Part shown: one piece after another, positions 30,384 through 42,065 of the stretch
Position numbering within the stretch: the stretch's first letter is position 1
How the letters are laid out: every line of letters starts with the position of its first letter
Origin: an uncultured Nitrospiraceae bacterium
GTDB lineage: Bacteria; Nitrospirota; Thermodesulfovibrionia; Thermodesulfovibrionales; UBA6898
Length of the DNA: 64,000 bases
Direction: 5' to 3'
NCBI GenBank assembly: GCA_963811165.1
Contig: CAWEQH010000010.1
Location: 288,001-352,000, forward strand
Program-made: the position numbers and the translations under genes
The notes under the pieces: model-generated
Told to the model about the DNA's origin: nothing
Databases searched by the model: none
What the model saw: the letters and a program-made list of their open reading frames with translations, nothing else

Positions 30384-30637
30384 TTAAGCCAGCGATCTCT
30401 CCAGTAGACCCTTTGCCGATCCTGTCGATTTATTGATTCCTTCTTTTCCTCGTCCGTAAGGCCCAGTTCCATTATCTTCTCTACCCCTTTTCTCCCCAGA
30501 ATGACAGGCACACCGACAAAAAAGCCACCTTCCATGATGTCATAAAGGACTATATCGGCAAGCCCTGATTGTAAAATTAATTGGGCTGTTGTCGTGCCGA
30601 CGCGGCCTGCCCCGATTATGGACACCTTGGCTTTCAT
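30384..30637 (-). pseudogene. mdh: Malate dehydrogenase remnant (large internal deletion plus frameshift)
   Basis: KVSIIGAGRVG...DIVLYDIMEG joined directly to FVGVPVILGRKGVEKIMEL. Confidence 0.8.
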
Positions 30638-30703
30638 AGGATCGTAATTATAAAAAAATACGTTCGTGATTGGCAAGTCATTTATGTTCGATGTTATTTG
30701 TTC

Positions 30704-30732
30704 TTGACATAAAAAGCAATCTTTGCTATAAA
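30704..30732 (+). promoter_or_regulatory. Sigma70 promoter of the ino1 operon
   Basis: TTGACA-17nt-TATAAA. Confidence 0.65.
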
Positions 30733-30786
30733 AATTTTGCAGTATTCCCGCTTAAATATAGAGATAAAGAAGAAGGATAAGGTGTA

Positions 30787-31890
30787 ATGAGACAAATACG
30801 CATTGCAATCGCCGGCGTCGGAAATTGCGCAAGTTCGCTTGTTCAGGGCATCGATTATTATAGAACCATCAAGGGGAATAGTGCCCAGCGCTCGCTGGGG
30901 TTGATGCACTATAACCTCGGCGGTTACTCTCCCGGCGATATTCAAATCGTCGCCGCCTTCGATATAGACAAGAGAAAAGTGGGCAAACCTGTAACCGATG
31001 CCATAGCGAGTGCGCCGAACTGCACAAAGAAATTTCATGCGATATCCAGACGTTCTCCAGCGAAAGTCCTTATGGGTAATGTGCTGGACGGTGTGGCCGA
31101 ACATCTCAGCAATTACCCCGAGGAGAGAAGATTTATAATAGCCCGCAAGAGGCCTGCAAATGTTTCTAAGGTGCTGAAAGAAACGGGGGCGGAGATTCTT
31201 CTAAATTACCTGCCTGTGGGATCCGAAAAAGCCACCGCTTATTATGCCGAGGAATGCCTCAAATCAGGCGTCAGCCTTATCAACTGTGTCCCTGTTTTTA
31301 TCGTCTCAAACAGGGTATGGGCCAAGAGATTTAAAGATAGGGGGATACCTGTAATAGGCGATGACGTGAAAAGCCAGATAGGCGCTACGATTATTCACCG
31401 TTGTCTGGCAAAACTTTTCGAAGACAGAGGAGTAAAGATCGACAGTACCTACCAACTTAATGTGGGTGGCAACACTGACTTTCTGAATATGCTCAACGGC
31501 ACGCGCCTTCGGATGAAAAAGATATCCAAGACCGAAGCGGTGCAGTCACAGCTTCAGGTACCTCTGAATCTTGAAAATATCCATATAGGTCCTTCCGATT
31601 ATATTCCATGGCTGAATGACAACAAGGTTTGCTTTCTACGAATGGAGGGCAGGGGGTTCGGCAATGTCCCCATGCACCTCGAAATGAGATTGTCTGTCGA
31701 GGATTCTCCTAACAGCGCAGGGGTCGTCATCGATGCCATACGCTGCTGCAAAATCGCTCGCGACAGAAAAGTGGGAGGCGTCCTTGTCTCGCCGTCTGCA
31801 TATTTCATGAAACATCCTCTTACACAGTTCCCGGATGAGGTAGCAAAGGCAATGGTAGAGGACTTTATCGACGGCAAGTTAGAAAGATAA
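30787..31890 (+). CDS. ino1: Myo-inositol-1-phosphate synthase
   Basis: GVGNCASSLVQG, NYLPVGS, GDDVKSQ.GAT, GGNTDF and DSPNSAG. Confidence 0.93.
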   Translation: MRQIRIAIAGVGNCASSLVQGIDYYRTIKGNSAQRSLGLMHYNLGGYSPGDIQIVAAFDIDKRKVGKPVTDAIASAPNCTKKFHAISRRSPAKVLMGNVLDGVAEHLSNYPEERRFIIARKRPANVSKVLKETGAEILLNYLPVGSEKATAYYAEECLKSGVSLINCVPVFIVSNRVWAKRFKDRGIPVIGDDVKSQIGATIIHRCLAKLFEDRGVKIDSTYQLNVGGNTDFLNMLNGTRLRMKKISKTEAVQSQLQVPLNLENIHIGPSDYIPWLNDNKVCFLRMEGRGFGNVPMHLEMRLSVEDSPNSAGVVIDAIRCCKIARDRKVGGVLVSPSAYFMKHPLTQFPDEVAKAMVEDFIDGKLER

Positions 31891-31892
31891 AA

Positions 31893-32462
31893 TTGCTCGG
31901 AAACAAGTTCGGACATTTTTTAGACCGGCCGCTTGGAAATCTGGCACGAGCAGTGCCTTTTCACCCCAATACCCTGACAGTGGCCGGATTCCTGCTAACC
32001 GTGATGGCGTCTTTGGTTCTTGTCCGGAGTCTTGCTTTCGGGGGAGTCCTCGTAATTATAGGCGGACTTTTCGATGTTCTTGATGGCGTAGTCGCTCGCG
32101 TCAACAAAAAACAGACAAGATTCGGAGCGTTTCTTGATTCTGTGCTCGATAGGTTTTCCGACGCATTTATACTATTGGCAGTGGGCCTGAACCTTTTCAG
32201 ACACGGCAATGTGCCGGGAATGGCACTATGTGTCTTAACTCTCGTCAGCTCTTTCTTGGTGAGCTACGTGCGGGCGAGGGCGGAGGGGCTTGGGAAAAAT
32301 TGCAAAGAGGGTCTCATGGAAAGACCGGAAAGAATAGTATTGTTTTCTTTGGGGGCCATTACCGGATTCATGGTCCCCATCCTATGGATACTGTTCATAT
32401 TGACGCAGTTTACCGTATTTCAGCGAATGTATCATGCCCTAAAGATGATGGGCCGTGAATAA
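31893..32462 (+). CDS. CDP-alcohol phosphatidyltransferase (PIP-synthase-like)
   Basis: PN.LT, DxxDGxxAR...GxxLDxxLD, SYVRARAE and ERPER. Confidence 0.88.
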   Translation: MLGNKFGHFLDRPLGNLARAVPFHPNTLTVAGFLLTVMASLVLVRSLAFGGVLVIIGGLFDVLDGVVARVNKKQTRFGAFLDSVLDRFSDAFILLAVGLNLFRHGNVPGMALCVLTLVSSFLVSYVRARAEGLGKNCKEGLMERPERIVLFSLGAITGFMVPILWILFILTQFTVFQRMYHALKMMGRE

Positions 32463-32624
32463 TCGTCTTTTTCGTCTCCTAAAAAAATTGCCCAAAGACT
32501 GCCCTGAGCCTGCTGCATTTAGCCCCCAGTGATTTGCCAACCGTAACAGTTATCCTGCCTTTTTGTCACCGGGACAAATGTGAATAATCCGGGAATTATA
32601 AAAGCTTGCGATTCTTCGATAGAC

Positions 32625-32699
32625 TGGAGCGGGCGACGGGATTCGAACCCGCGACTTTCAGCTTGGGAAGCTAACACTCTACCACTGAGTTACGCCCGC
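32625..32699 (-). tRNA. tRNA-Gly (CCC)
   Basis: GCGGGCG acceptor stem, CTTCCCAAG anticodon arm, GGTTCGAATCC T-arm, encoded CCA end. Confidence 0.96.
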
Positions 32700-32821
32700 G
32701 CTAGTGTTTTATAAATCAGAATATGATTAAATGTCAAGCACTGTACTTCCTTTGCACGTAGGGATATCACACCATGATGGGATACAATAGTCGTAAAAGG
32801 CTACACGCCGGGGGAAAGCCC

Positions 32822-34024
32822 ATGATAATCGAATTTGAAGAAAGGGAGCTGAAGGAGAAGATACTTGCTGACAAGTATAACCACCTGGTCTTCAGCGCAG
32901 CTCGGGGAGGTCCTCTTTATCTGGTGGGCGGCTATCTAAGGGATATCTTGAGGGGGAGGATCAATCCCGACAGGGACTACGTCGCGGGAGGTGATTATGA
33001 ATCCCTTCTGAGGCAAATAGTTAACGTCACCGGCGGCAGACTGGTCAGGCTTGGAGGCTACCTGGGCAGAGTAGTACTGAAGGACAAGTCAACGCTTGAC
33101 TTCTCTCCGCTTGTAAAAGACATTTCAGATGACCTCTCACGCAGAGATTTTACCGTCAATTCTCTTGCATGGTCACCTGACAGGGGAATCATAGATCCCC
33201 ATGGAGGGTTAGGGGATTTGCGTAAGGAACGTATCAGTATGATCTGCAGGGATAATATCGAACGGGATCCGATCAGAATACTCAGGGCTTACAGATTTGC
33301 GGGCGAGTTATCTTCCAGGATTGATCGCCGCACTAGAAAGGTAATTAGGGAATGTTCCCTAAGAATTATTGAGGCAAAAAGTGAAAGGATTACTTTAGAG
33401 TTTTTTAAGATATTAAACCTGGAGGCTCCCGTAAAAATCCTTGCCATGATGGGGCGTGACGGAACTTTATATCATTTATTCCCTTTAGCTCATGAAGAGT
33501 TACGCCGCAAACTTAGAGTTTTTTCTAGAGTTGAAAGAATATTTAATGCGTTACCTTTAATGTATGAAACAATATTATGTGAAAAGGGCCAACAGAATCT
33601 TTCGTGTTTGGGTATGCTGCGACTTGAAGTCCTCCTGGAGGGCATATCCACAAACGCTTTGAGTATGAGTTCCATCATTGTAAAAAAGCTTTTAATGTTT
33701 GAAAGAGCTAAAGAGATATTACATGAGGCGAAATGGTCGCATGACAAAATTTTTAAAGCTTTCAGTATTATGGGTGACACCTCCATAGATTTTCTGATCA
33801 TGAAGGACAGGGCGGCCTTATTGTCCGAATATGAAAGGTATTGCAAGATAAAAAAAGATAGCCTCTTGAGTGCAGAGGAAATTATTAGTGCCGGCGGACT
33901 GTTGAGGGGCGCAAACTTGGGCAAGGCGATAAGAATGTTAAGGAAGGCGGAATTCACTCATCAAATTAGGAGCCGCCAGGAAGCGATTAATTTATTGAAT
34001 TGCTTTTGTGATGATTTAACATAA
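32822..34024 (+). CDS. Class II tRNA nucleotidyltransferase (probably CC-adding)
   Basis: LVGGYLRD, DRD, DDLSRRDFTVN, DPIRILRAYRF and ERI..E. Confidence 0.82.
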   Translation: MIIEFEERELKEKILADKYNHLVFSAARGGPLYLVGGYLRDILRGRINPDRDYVAGGDYESLLRQIVNVTGGRLVRLGGYLGRVVLKDKSTLDFSPLVKDISDDLSRRDFTVNSLAWSPDRGIIDPHGGLGDLRKERISMICRDNIERDPIRILRAYRFAGELSSRIDRRTRKVIRECSLRIIEAKSERITLEFFKILNLEAPVKILAMMGRDGTLYHLFPLAHEELRRKLRVFSRVERIFNALPLMYETILCEKGQQNLSCLGMLRLEVLLEGISTNALSMSSIIVKKLLMFERAKEILHEAKWSHDKIFKAFSIMGDTSIDFLIMKDRAALLSEYERYCKIKKDSLLSAEEIISAGGLLRGANLGKAIRMLRKAEFTHQIRSRQEAINLLNCFCDDLT

Positions 34025-34041
34025 TATATCTTATCGGACAA
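34014..34041 (-). other. XerCD dif site (chromosome dimer resolution site)
   Basis: Minus strand TTGTCCGATAA-GATATA-TTATGTTAAAT; XerD arm identical to E. coli dif. Confidence 0.85.
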
Positions 34042-34178
34042 GTTATTTAAACATCAATTGTTGACATCCTGTTGGTATTCATGTGAATAATTTAGATTTC
34101 GGTGGAGAAGTATTGCCGCTATCGGTCTTGTATAGGTATTAGGCAGGCAGATTATTGCGCTATTTCGACCTGTTACAG

Positions 34179-35411
34179 CTAAACCATAACAACCGCATCG
34201 AGCAGCCCTTCCGATATCCTCACGGGCCTTACATACACAACGCTTCCTTTTCCGTACTTGCCCACAGAAGCCCTCACCTTAAGGTAATTACCGGATGTTC
34301 CGGTATAGACACCCGCGGCCACTTGTTCTTCAAGGATAATGTCCATGGGAATGTCGATTTGCCTTTCCATGTAAGCCCTTCGTTTCAGTCGATTTATTTC
34401 CGCTAATATATTCAGCCTGCTCTTAACAATCAGATCATCGATCCGCCCGCTCATCTTCGCTGCATCGGTGCCGGCCCTTGCCGAAAAAGGGAATACGTGG
34501 ATATAAGATAGAGGCAGGTTTCGTAACATATCGGCTGTTTCTTCGAAATCGCTATCGCTCTCTCCGGGAAAACCTACTATGACATCAGATCCCAAGGAAA
34601 TATTATTCAGACGAGAAACTATTGCGTCCACTTTTGTGCGAAAGTATGAAGCTTCATATCCCCGCCTCATTAGTTTCAGGACTCGATCGCTCCCGCTTTG
34701 CAAAGGCAAATGTAAATGTTTACACATCCTCCTTTCAAGAAGGATTTCCGTGAGCTCATCATCCACCTCGGTGATTTCCAGGGAACTCAGGCGAACTCTT
34801 TTTATGCGTGTTTCCCGTAAAATACGTCTAAGGAAATTTTTAAGGTCAGACTTTAGGGGAAGATCTCTCCCGTAAGTCCCAAGATGTATACCCGTCAGGA
34901 CAATTTCGTTGTAACCGTTTGATTCGATGATCTTTACCCTCTCAATTAGCTCATCCTCTCCGATACTCCTGGATTTTCCTCTTGTAAGAGGGACAGTGCA
35001 ATAACTACACCGGAAGTTGCATCCATCCTGTATCTTCAGATACGGCCGTGAACGACTATAATAACCGTAAAAAATATCGACATCTCGTGCCGCAATTATC
35101 TTTACTATATCGAGTTTTCTCGAATTATCGACGACCTCATACACCCCCGGCATAGACCGCACATCGTCTGCCCTGAGATGAGCGTAGCAGCCAGTAACGA
35201 TTACCTTTGCTCCGGATCTCGCAGCGCGGCGGATAAGCTGTCTGGAATTATAGTCACCTTTTGAGGTAACGGCACACGTATTTACTATACAGAAGTCAGG
35301 TTTTTCAGTTAAATTTACTATGGTTACGCCATTTTCCTTAAGTGTTCCTTCAATAATTGAGCTTTCGGACTGATTAACGCGGCAACCCATTGTTAAAAAA
35401 GACACCTTCAC
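34179..35411 (-). CDS. mtaB: tRNA t6A methylthiotransferase
   Basis: TMGCRVNQSES, NTCAVT, CNFRCSYC and LTGIHLG. Confidence 0.9.
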   Translation of the reverse strand: MKVSFLTMGCRVNQSESSIIEGTLKENGVTIVNLTEKPDFCIVNTCAVTSKGDYNSRQLIRRAARSGAKVIVTGCYAHLRADDVRSMPGVYEVVDNSRKLDIVKIIAARDVDIFYGYYSRSRPYLKIQDGCNFRCSYCTVPLTRGKSRSIGEDELIERVKIIESNGYNEIVLTGIHLGTYGRDLPLKSDLKNFLRRILRETRIKRVRLSSLEITEVDDELTEILLERRMCKHLHLPLQSGSDRVLKLMRRGYEASYFRTKVDAIVSRLNNISLGSDVIVGFPGESDSDFEETADMLRNLPLSYIHVFPFSARAGTDAAKMSGRIDDLIVKSRLNILAEINRLKRRAYMERQIDIPMDIILEEQVAAGVYTGTSGNYLKVRASVGKYGKGSVVYVRPVRISEGLLDAVVMV

Positions 35412-36721
35412 CTTCCGGCCGAGACCCTATCCAGACCCACATTTACTCCCGAAAGGGAATGTTGGCGTGCCCTGTCGATTCTCACAAGGACGTACGAACC
35501 TGTCTTTTCTCCCTTGTCACTGATTGTTACTATCTTATTAGTCTTTGTTCTGCCTGCTAGCATGCTCGGATCAGTCTCCGATGGGCCTTCTATAAGAATC
35601 TCTTGAATCGTTCCTTCAAGTGCATAATTTTTCTTGTAGGTTATCTCTTCTTGTAGGTTAAGTATCTCGCTTAGCCGTTCCGATTTAAGATCGTCTCCTA
35701 TATGGCCCTCCATCGTATAAGCCTTTGTACCCCGTCTTGCGGAAAACTTGAACGCGAAAAGCCCATCAAACGATATTTCCCTAATCGCTCTCATCGTTGC
35801 TTCGTGGTCCATGACGGTTTCCCCAGGAAAGCCCGTTATCATATCGGCGGTAATCGCTATGTCAGGAATCCTATTCCTCAGAATGTCAATTTTCCACCTG
35901 TATTCCTCATAGGTGTAGCCCCTGTTCATAAGTCTCAATATCATGTCTGACCCGGACTGAATCGGCAGATGTATATGTTCGCACACGTGGGGCAACTCAG
36001 CCATTGCCACGATCAACCTTTCTGAAAAATCTCTGGGGTGAGAAGTCACAAAACGTATTCTGTCGATCTTAAGGGCATCTATTTTTCGCAACAAATCAGG
36101 AAAATCGACGTCACTTTTATAGGAGTTCACGTTCTGTCCTAAAAGAGTGATTTCCTTATATCCTTTTCCGGCTAGTTCGTCTACCTCGGAGATAATGCTG
36201 CTGCTGGGCCGGGAGACCTCCCTTCCCCGCGTATAGGGCACAATGCAGTACGTGCAGAAGTTATTACACCCATACATAATGGATACCCATGCCTTTATCA
36301 AACTTTGACGGCTAGCAGCTAATTCCCGCAGTGCCAGTTCCTGGTTGTCGTCAAACAACCCGGCCTTAAGCCCGCCGGCAACCATGCTGCCGAGCAAGTG
36401 AATATTTTGCGGGCCGAGCACGAAATCAACATAGGGAGCTCTTCGTACCAACTTGTCCTTGGTTTCCTGTGCGACACAGCCGGCAACCGCTATCTTGAGA
36501 CCTTCGTGTTTCCTTTTAAGCAGTTTTGTCCTGCCGAGTTGGCTATAAAACTTCTGTTCCGCTTTTTCTCTGATCGCACATGTGTTGAAAATAATAAGAT
36601 CTGCGTTTTCAGGTCCCTCTGCTTCGCGATACCCATTTTCCGAAAGGACGCCGAGCATTTTTTCCGAATCATGGACATTCATCTGACATCCGAACGTATA
36701 AATGAAAACAGATTTTTGCAT
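35408..36721 (-). CDS. miaB: tRNA i6A methylthiotransferase
   Basis: TFGCQMNVHDSE, NTCAIREKAE, CNNFCTYC, GQNVNSY and TRAM domain; start placed at ATG 36721. Confidence 0.95.
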   Translation of the reverse strand: MQKSVFIYTFGCQMNVHDSEKMLGVLSENGYREAEGPENADLIIFNTCAIREKAEQKFYSQLGRTKLLKRKHEGLKIAVAGCVAQETKDKLVRRAPYVDFVLGPQNIHLLGSMVAGGLKAGLFDDNQELALRELAASRQSLIKAWVSIMYGCNNFCTYCIVPYTRGREVSRPSSSIISEVDELAGKGYKEITLLGQNVNSYKSDVDFPDLLRKIDALKIDRIRFVTSHPRDFSERLIVAMAELPHVCEHIHLPIQSGSDMILRLMNRGYTYEEYRWKIDILRNRIPDIAITADMITGFPGETVMDHEATMRAIREISFDGLFAFKFSARRGTKAYTMEGHIGDDLKSERLSEILNLQEEITYKKNYALEGTIQEILIEGPSETDPSMLAGRTKTNKIVTISDKGEKTGSYVLVRIDRARQHSLSGVNVGLDRVSAGR

Positions 36722-36851
36722 ATGAAAATGTAACATGATTTTATGGGTTTCTTCAATTTCCCCTATCCTCCGTATTTTGAGTGAATATTCTAAGGCATTG
36801 AAATATTGCGATTTCTTGCAATATTGCGGTATTTGCTTTAATATAAAAATC

Positions 36852-39462
<2,611 letters not shown>

Positions 39463-39470
<8 letters not shown>

Positions 39471-40863
39471 AATATTCACCATAGGTCAGGCCCCCCTCAA
39501 AAAAGGAAAAGAGATCGCCCTTGCCTCTCGGGGAAAAAGCATATTAAAATTCAAATCCATCAATGATATGAGATACCGCCCTGAAGACAGACCGGATCTT
39601 ATCATAGTCGACAAGAACCAGAGTTCCGAAACGTCATTCAGAGAATTCCAGATATCCTTCAAGGACATTCCGAAGATCGTGTTTTCTGATTCCCACTCTT
39701 TCAAGGGCTTCTCTCCCTGGATAAAGTATCCTCAGACCTATGCGCTTCAGAATCCTTCCGCTAGGGAGCTTGAATTCATTATCAAGAGAGCACTTAAGGG
39801 GAAAGAACTTCTCGATGAGAATTTGTCGCTGAAGGAGAAGCTTGTTACCATGACTCACGAACTGGAGTTCTTCGATGAGGTGAGTAAGACCCTCACTTCG
39901 ACACTCGAGCTGAACGATATCCTTACCACGATAATGAAAAAATCCAAGAAGCTGATAAAGGCAGAGACCTGGTCGATACTTCTTGTCGAGGAGGAGACAG
40001 GGGAGCTCGTGATCGAGAAGATAACCGGCAAAAAAGAAGATACAAGTAAAATGAAGAAGGTCAGAATAAGATTGGGTGAAGGAATCGCCGGCTGGGTGGC
40101 ACAAGAGGGCATACCTGTTGTTATGCCGGACGTCTCAATCGACGAGAGATTCTGCTCCGCAATGGACCGGGAAACCGGTGCCAGGACTAAATCGCTAATG
40201 TGCGTCCCGATAAAGAGTAAGGGAAACATCATAGGCGTCCTGGAAATCGCCAACAAGACTACGGATACTCCCTTCACCAAGGACGATCTCGACATTATTA
40301 TGAGAATCGTCGACCATGCTGCCATAGCTATAGAGAGAGCCTCGCTCTATCAAAAGATGGCCGAATTGTCCATTACTGACGACCTGACCAAACTTTTCAA
40401 CACGCGGTATCTGGACAGGACCCTCGAGACGGAGATAACGAGATCGACCCGTCACAAATATTCCCTTTCTCTTATTTTTATGGACATCGATCACTTTAAG
40501 GTGATCAATGACAACTACGGCCACCTCATAGGAAGTAAGCTGCTCGTCGAGGTGGGTCAGCTTCTTATAAAGCGTTTAAGGACGATCGATATCGTGGCTC
40601 GTTATGGCGGCGATGAATTTGTGATCGTTCTGCCGCAGACTGCCCCGAGTGCGGCACTCCAGATCGCCGAGAGAATACGCAAGGCAATCGAACAAAATAT
40701 CTTTCTTAAAAAGAACGGATATTCGCTCCGCTTGACGGCGAGCTTCGGAGTTGCCTCGTATCCAGAGAGCGCAAAATCCAAAGAGGATCTTCTGAGGCTG
40801 GCTGATGAGGCTATGTACAGGGTTAAATACCAGACACGAAACGGCGTTTATGCTATAGTATAA
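39463..40863 (+). CDS. Degenerate REC-GAF-GGDEF diguanylate cyclase
   Basis: [25 protein letters not shown]-site and RYGGDEF. Confidence 0.88.
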
Positions 40864-40866
40864 AAA

Positions 40867-42018
40867 ATGGCGCTCTTTAATTATGCAACCAAGGAAATTA
40901 CGCTTAAGATCGTCTATTACGGTCCTGGGTTGAGCGGCAAGACAACTAACCTTCAGTATCTGCATTCCATCTTGAATCCCGAAACCAAAGGGAGATTGCT
41001 TTCCTTATCGACGGAGGCCGACAGAACGCTTTTTTTTGATTTTCTGCCGGTCGAACTCGGGAAAATTCGTGATTTTTCCATAAGGTTCCAACTCTATACC
41101 GTGCCCGGTCAGGTAAGATATAATGCCACACGTAAAATCGTCCTCAAAGGCGCCGACGCGGTCATTTTTGTAGCCGACTCCCAACGAGAGATGAAGGAGC
41201 AGAACATAGAGAGCTTCGAGAACATGAGGGAAAATCTTTTCTCAAATAACATAAATCCTGACGAGATACCCATTATTCTTCAGTACAACAAAAGAGATCT
41301 CAACAATGTCGCTTCCGTAGAGGAACTTAATGCGGGTCTGAATCAGAATGAATATCGTGTCGTCGAGGCATGTGCCATAAAGGGTACCGGGGTTGAGGAA
41401 TCTTTCAAACTGATTACGAAGCTTCTCCTGAAATTTATTGCAAAAAAGCATCAGATTGAGATCCGGCCTGCAAAAGAAGAAGCGGTAGCAGAAGAAACTG
41501 CAGCAGTTTCGGCAGAGATTCCCAAGCCTGCTGTTAGTTCTGTTTCTCCCGAGGCGCAGACAACGATTTCTTCGGAGGAAGCGATCATGCCAAGCAGGGG
41601 GGAGATTTTTGACGAAAGCTCGCTGTCGCTGTCTGAAGTGCCTTTCGAAAAAGACTACGAAGCGGCGCCGAAACCTGAGGAACCCCCTGCCACCCACCCA
41701 GAGGAAATATCTGTCTTATCAGTAGATGAAGGGATGACCCCCACCTTTTCAGTTGAGAAAGAGGAAATTCCCGTCCGGCCCGTCGCCGAAGAGAAAACCG
41801 CTGTCTTTCCGGTTGATAAAATTGATCGGATAAGCGAGGAAATAGCGAGTCTGCATGGCATCCTGACAGATATTAAGAATTCCGTGTATGTGCTCAGCAA
41901 GGAGATGAAGGACCTCAAAGATATCAGGAGGGAACAAGATGAGATGAGTCGCGCGCTGAAGGATCTTTCGGTTCGGAGCAAAGATGTGAAGACAAAGAAA
42001 AGTTGGTTTAGGTTCTGA
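40867..42018 (+). CDS. mglA: MglA-family small GTPase with long C-terminal extension
   Basis: KIVYYGPGLSGKTTNL, DRTLFFDF, TVPGQV.Y and NKRD. Confidence 0.85.
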   Translation: MALFNYATKEITLKIVYYGPGLSGKTTNLQYLHSILNPETKGRLLSLSTEADRTLFFDFLPVELGKIRDFSIRFQLYTVPGQVRYNATRKIVLKGADAVIFVADSQREMKEQNIESFENMRENLFSNNINPDEIPIILQYNKRDLNNVASVEELNAGLNQNEYRVVEACAIKGTGVEESFKLITKLLLKFIAKKHQIEIRPAKEEAVAEETAAVSAEIPKPAVSSVSPEAQTTISSEEAIMPSRGEIFDESSLSLSEVPFEKDYEAAPKPEEPPATHPEEISVLSVDEGMTPTFSVEKEEIPVRPVAEEKTAVFPVDKIDRISEEIASLHGILTDIKNSVYVLSKEMKDLKDIRREQDEMSRALKDLSVRSKDVKTKKSWFRF

Positions 42019-42065
42019 GGCCTTTGCCTCGGATTAAGACTGTCCTTTCCCTTGGCTATAGGTCT

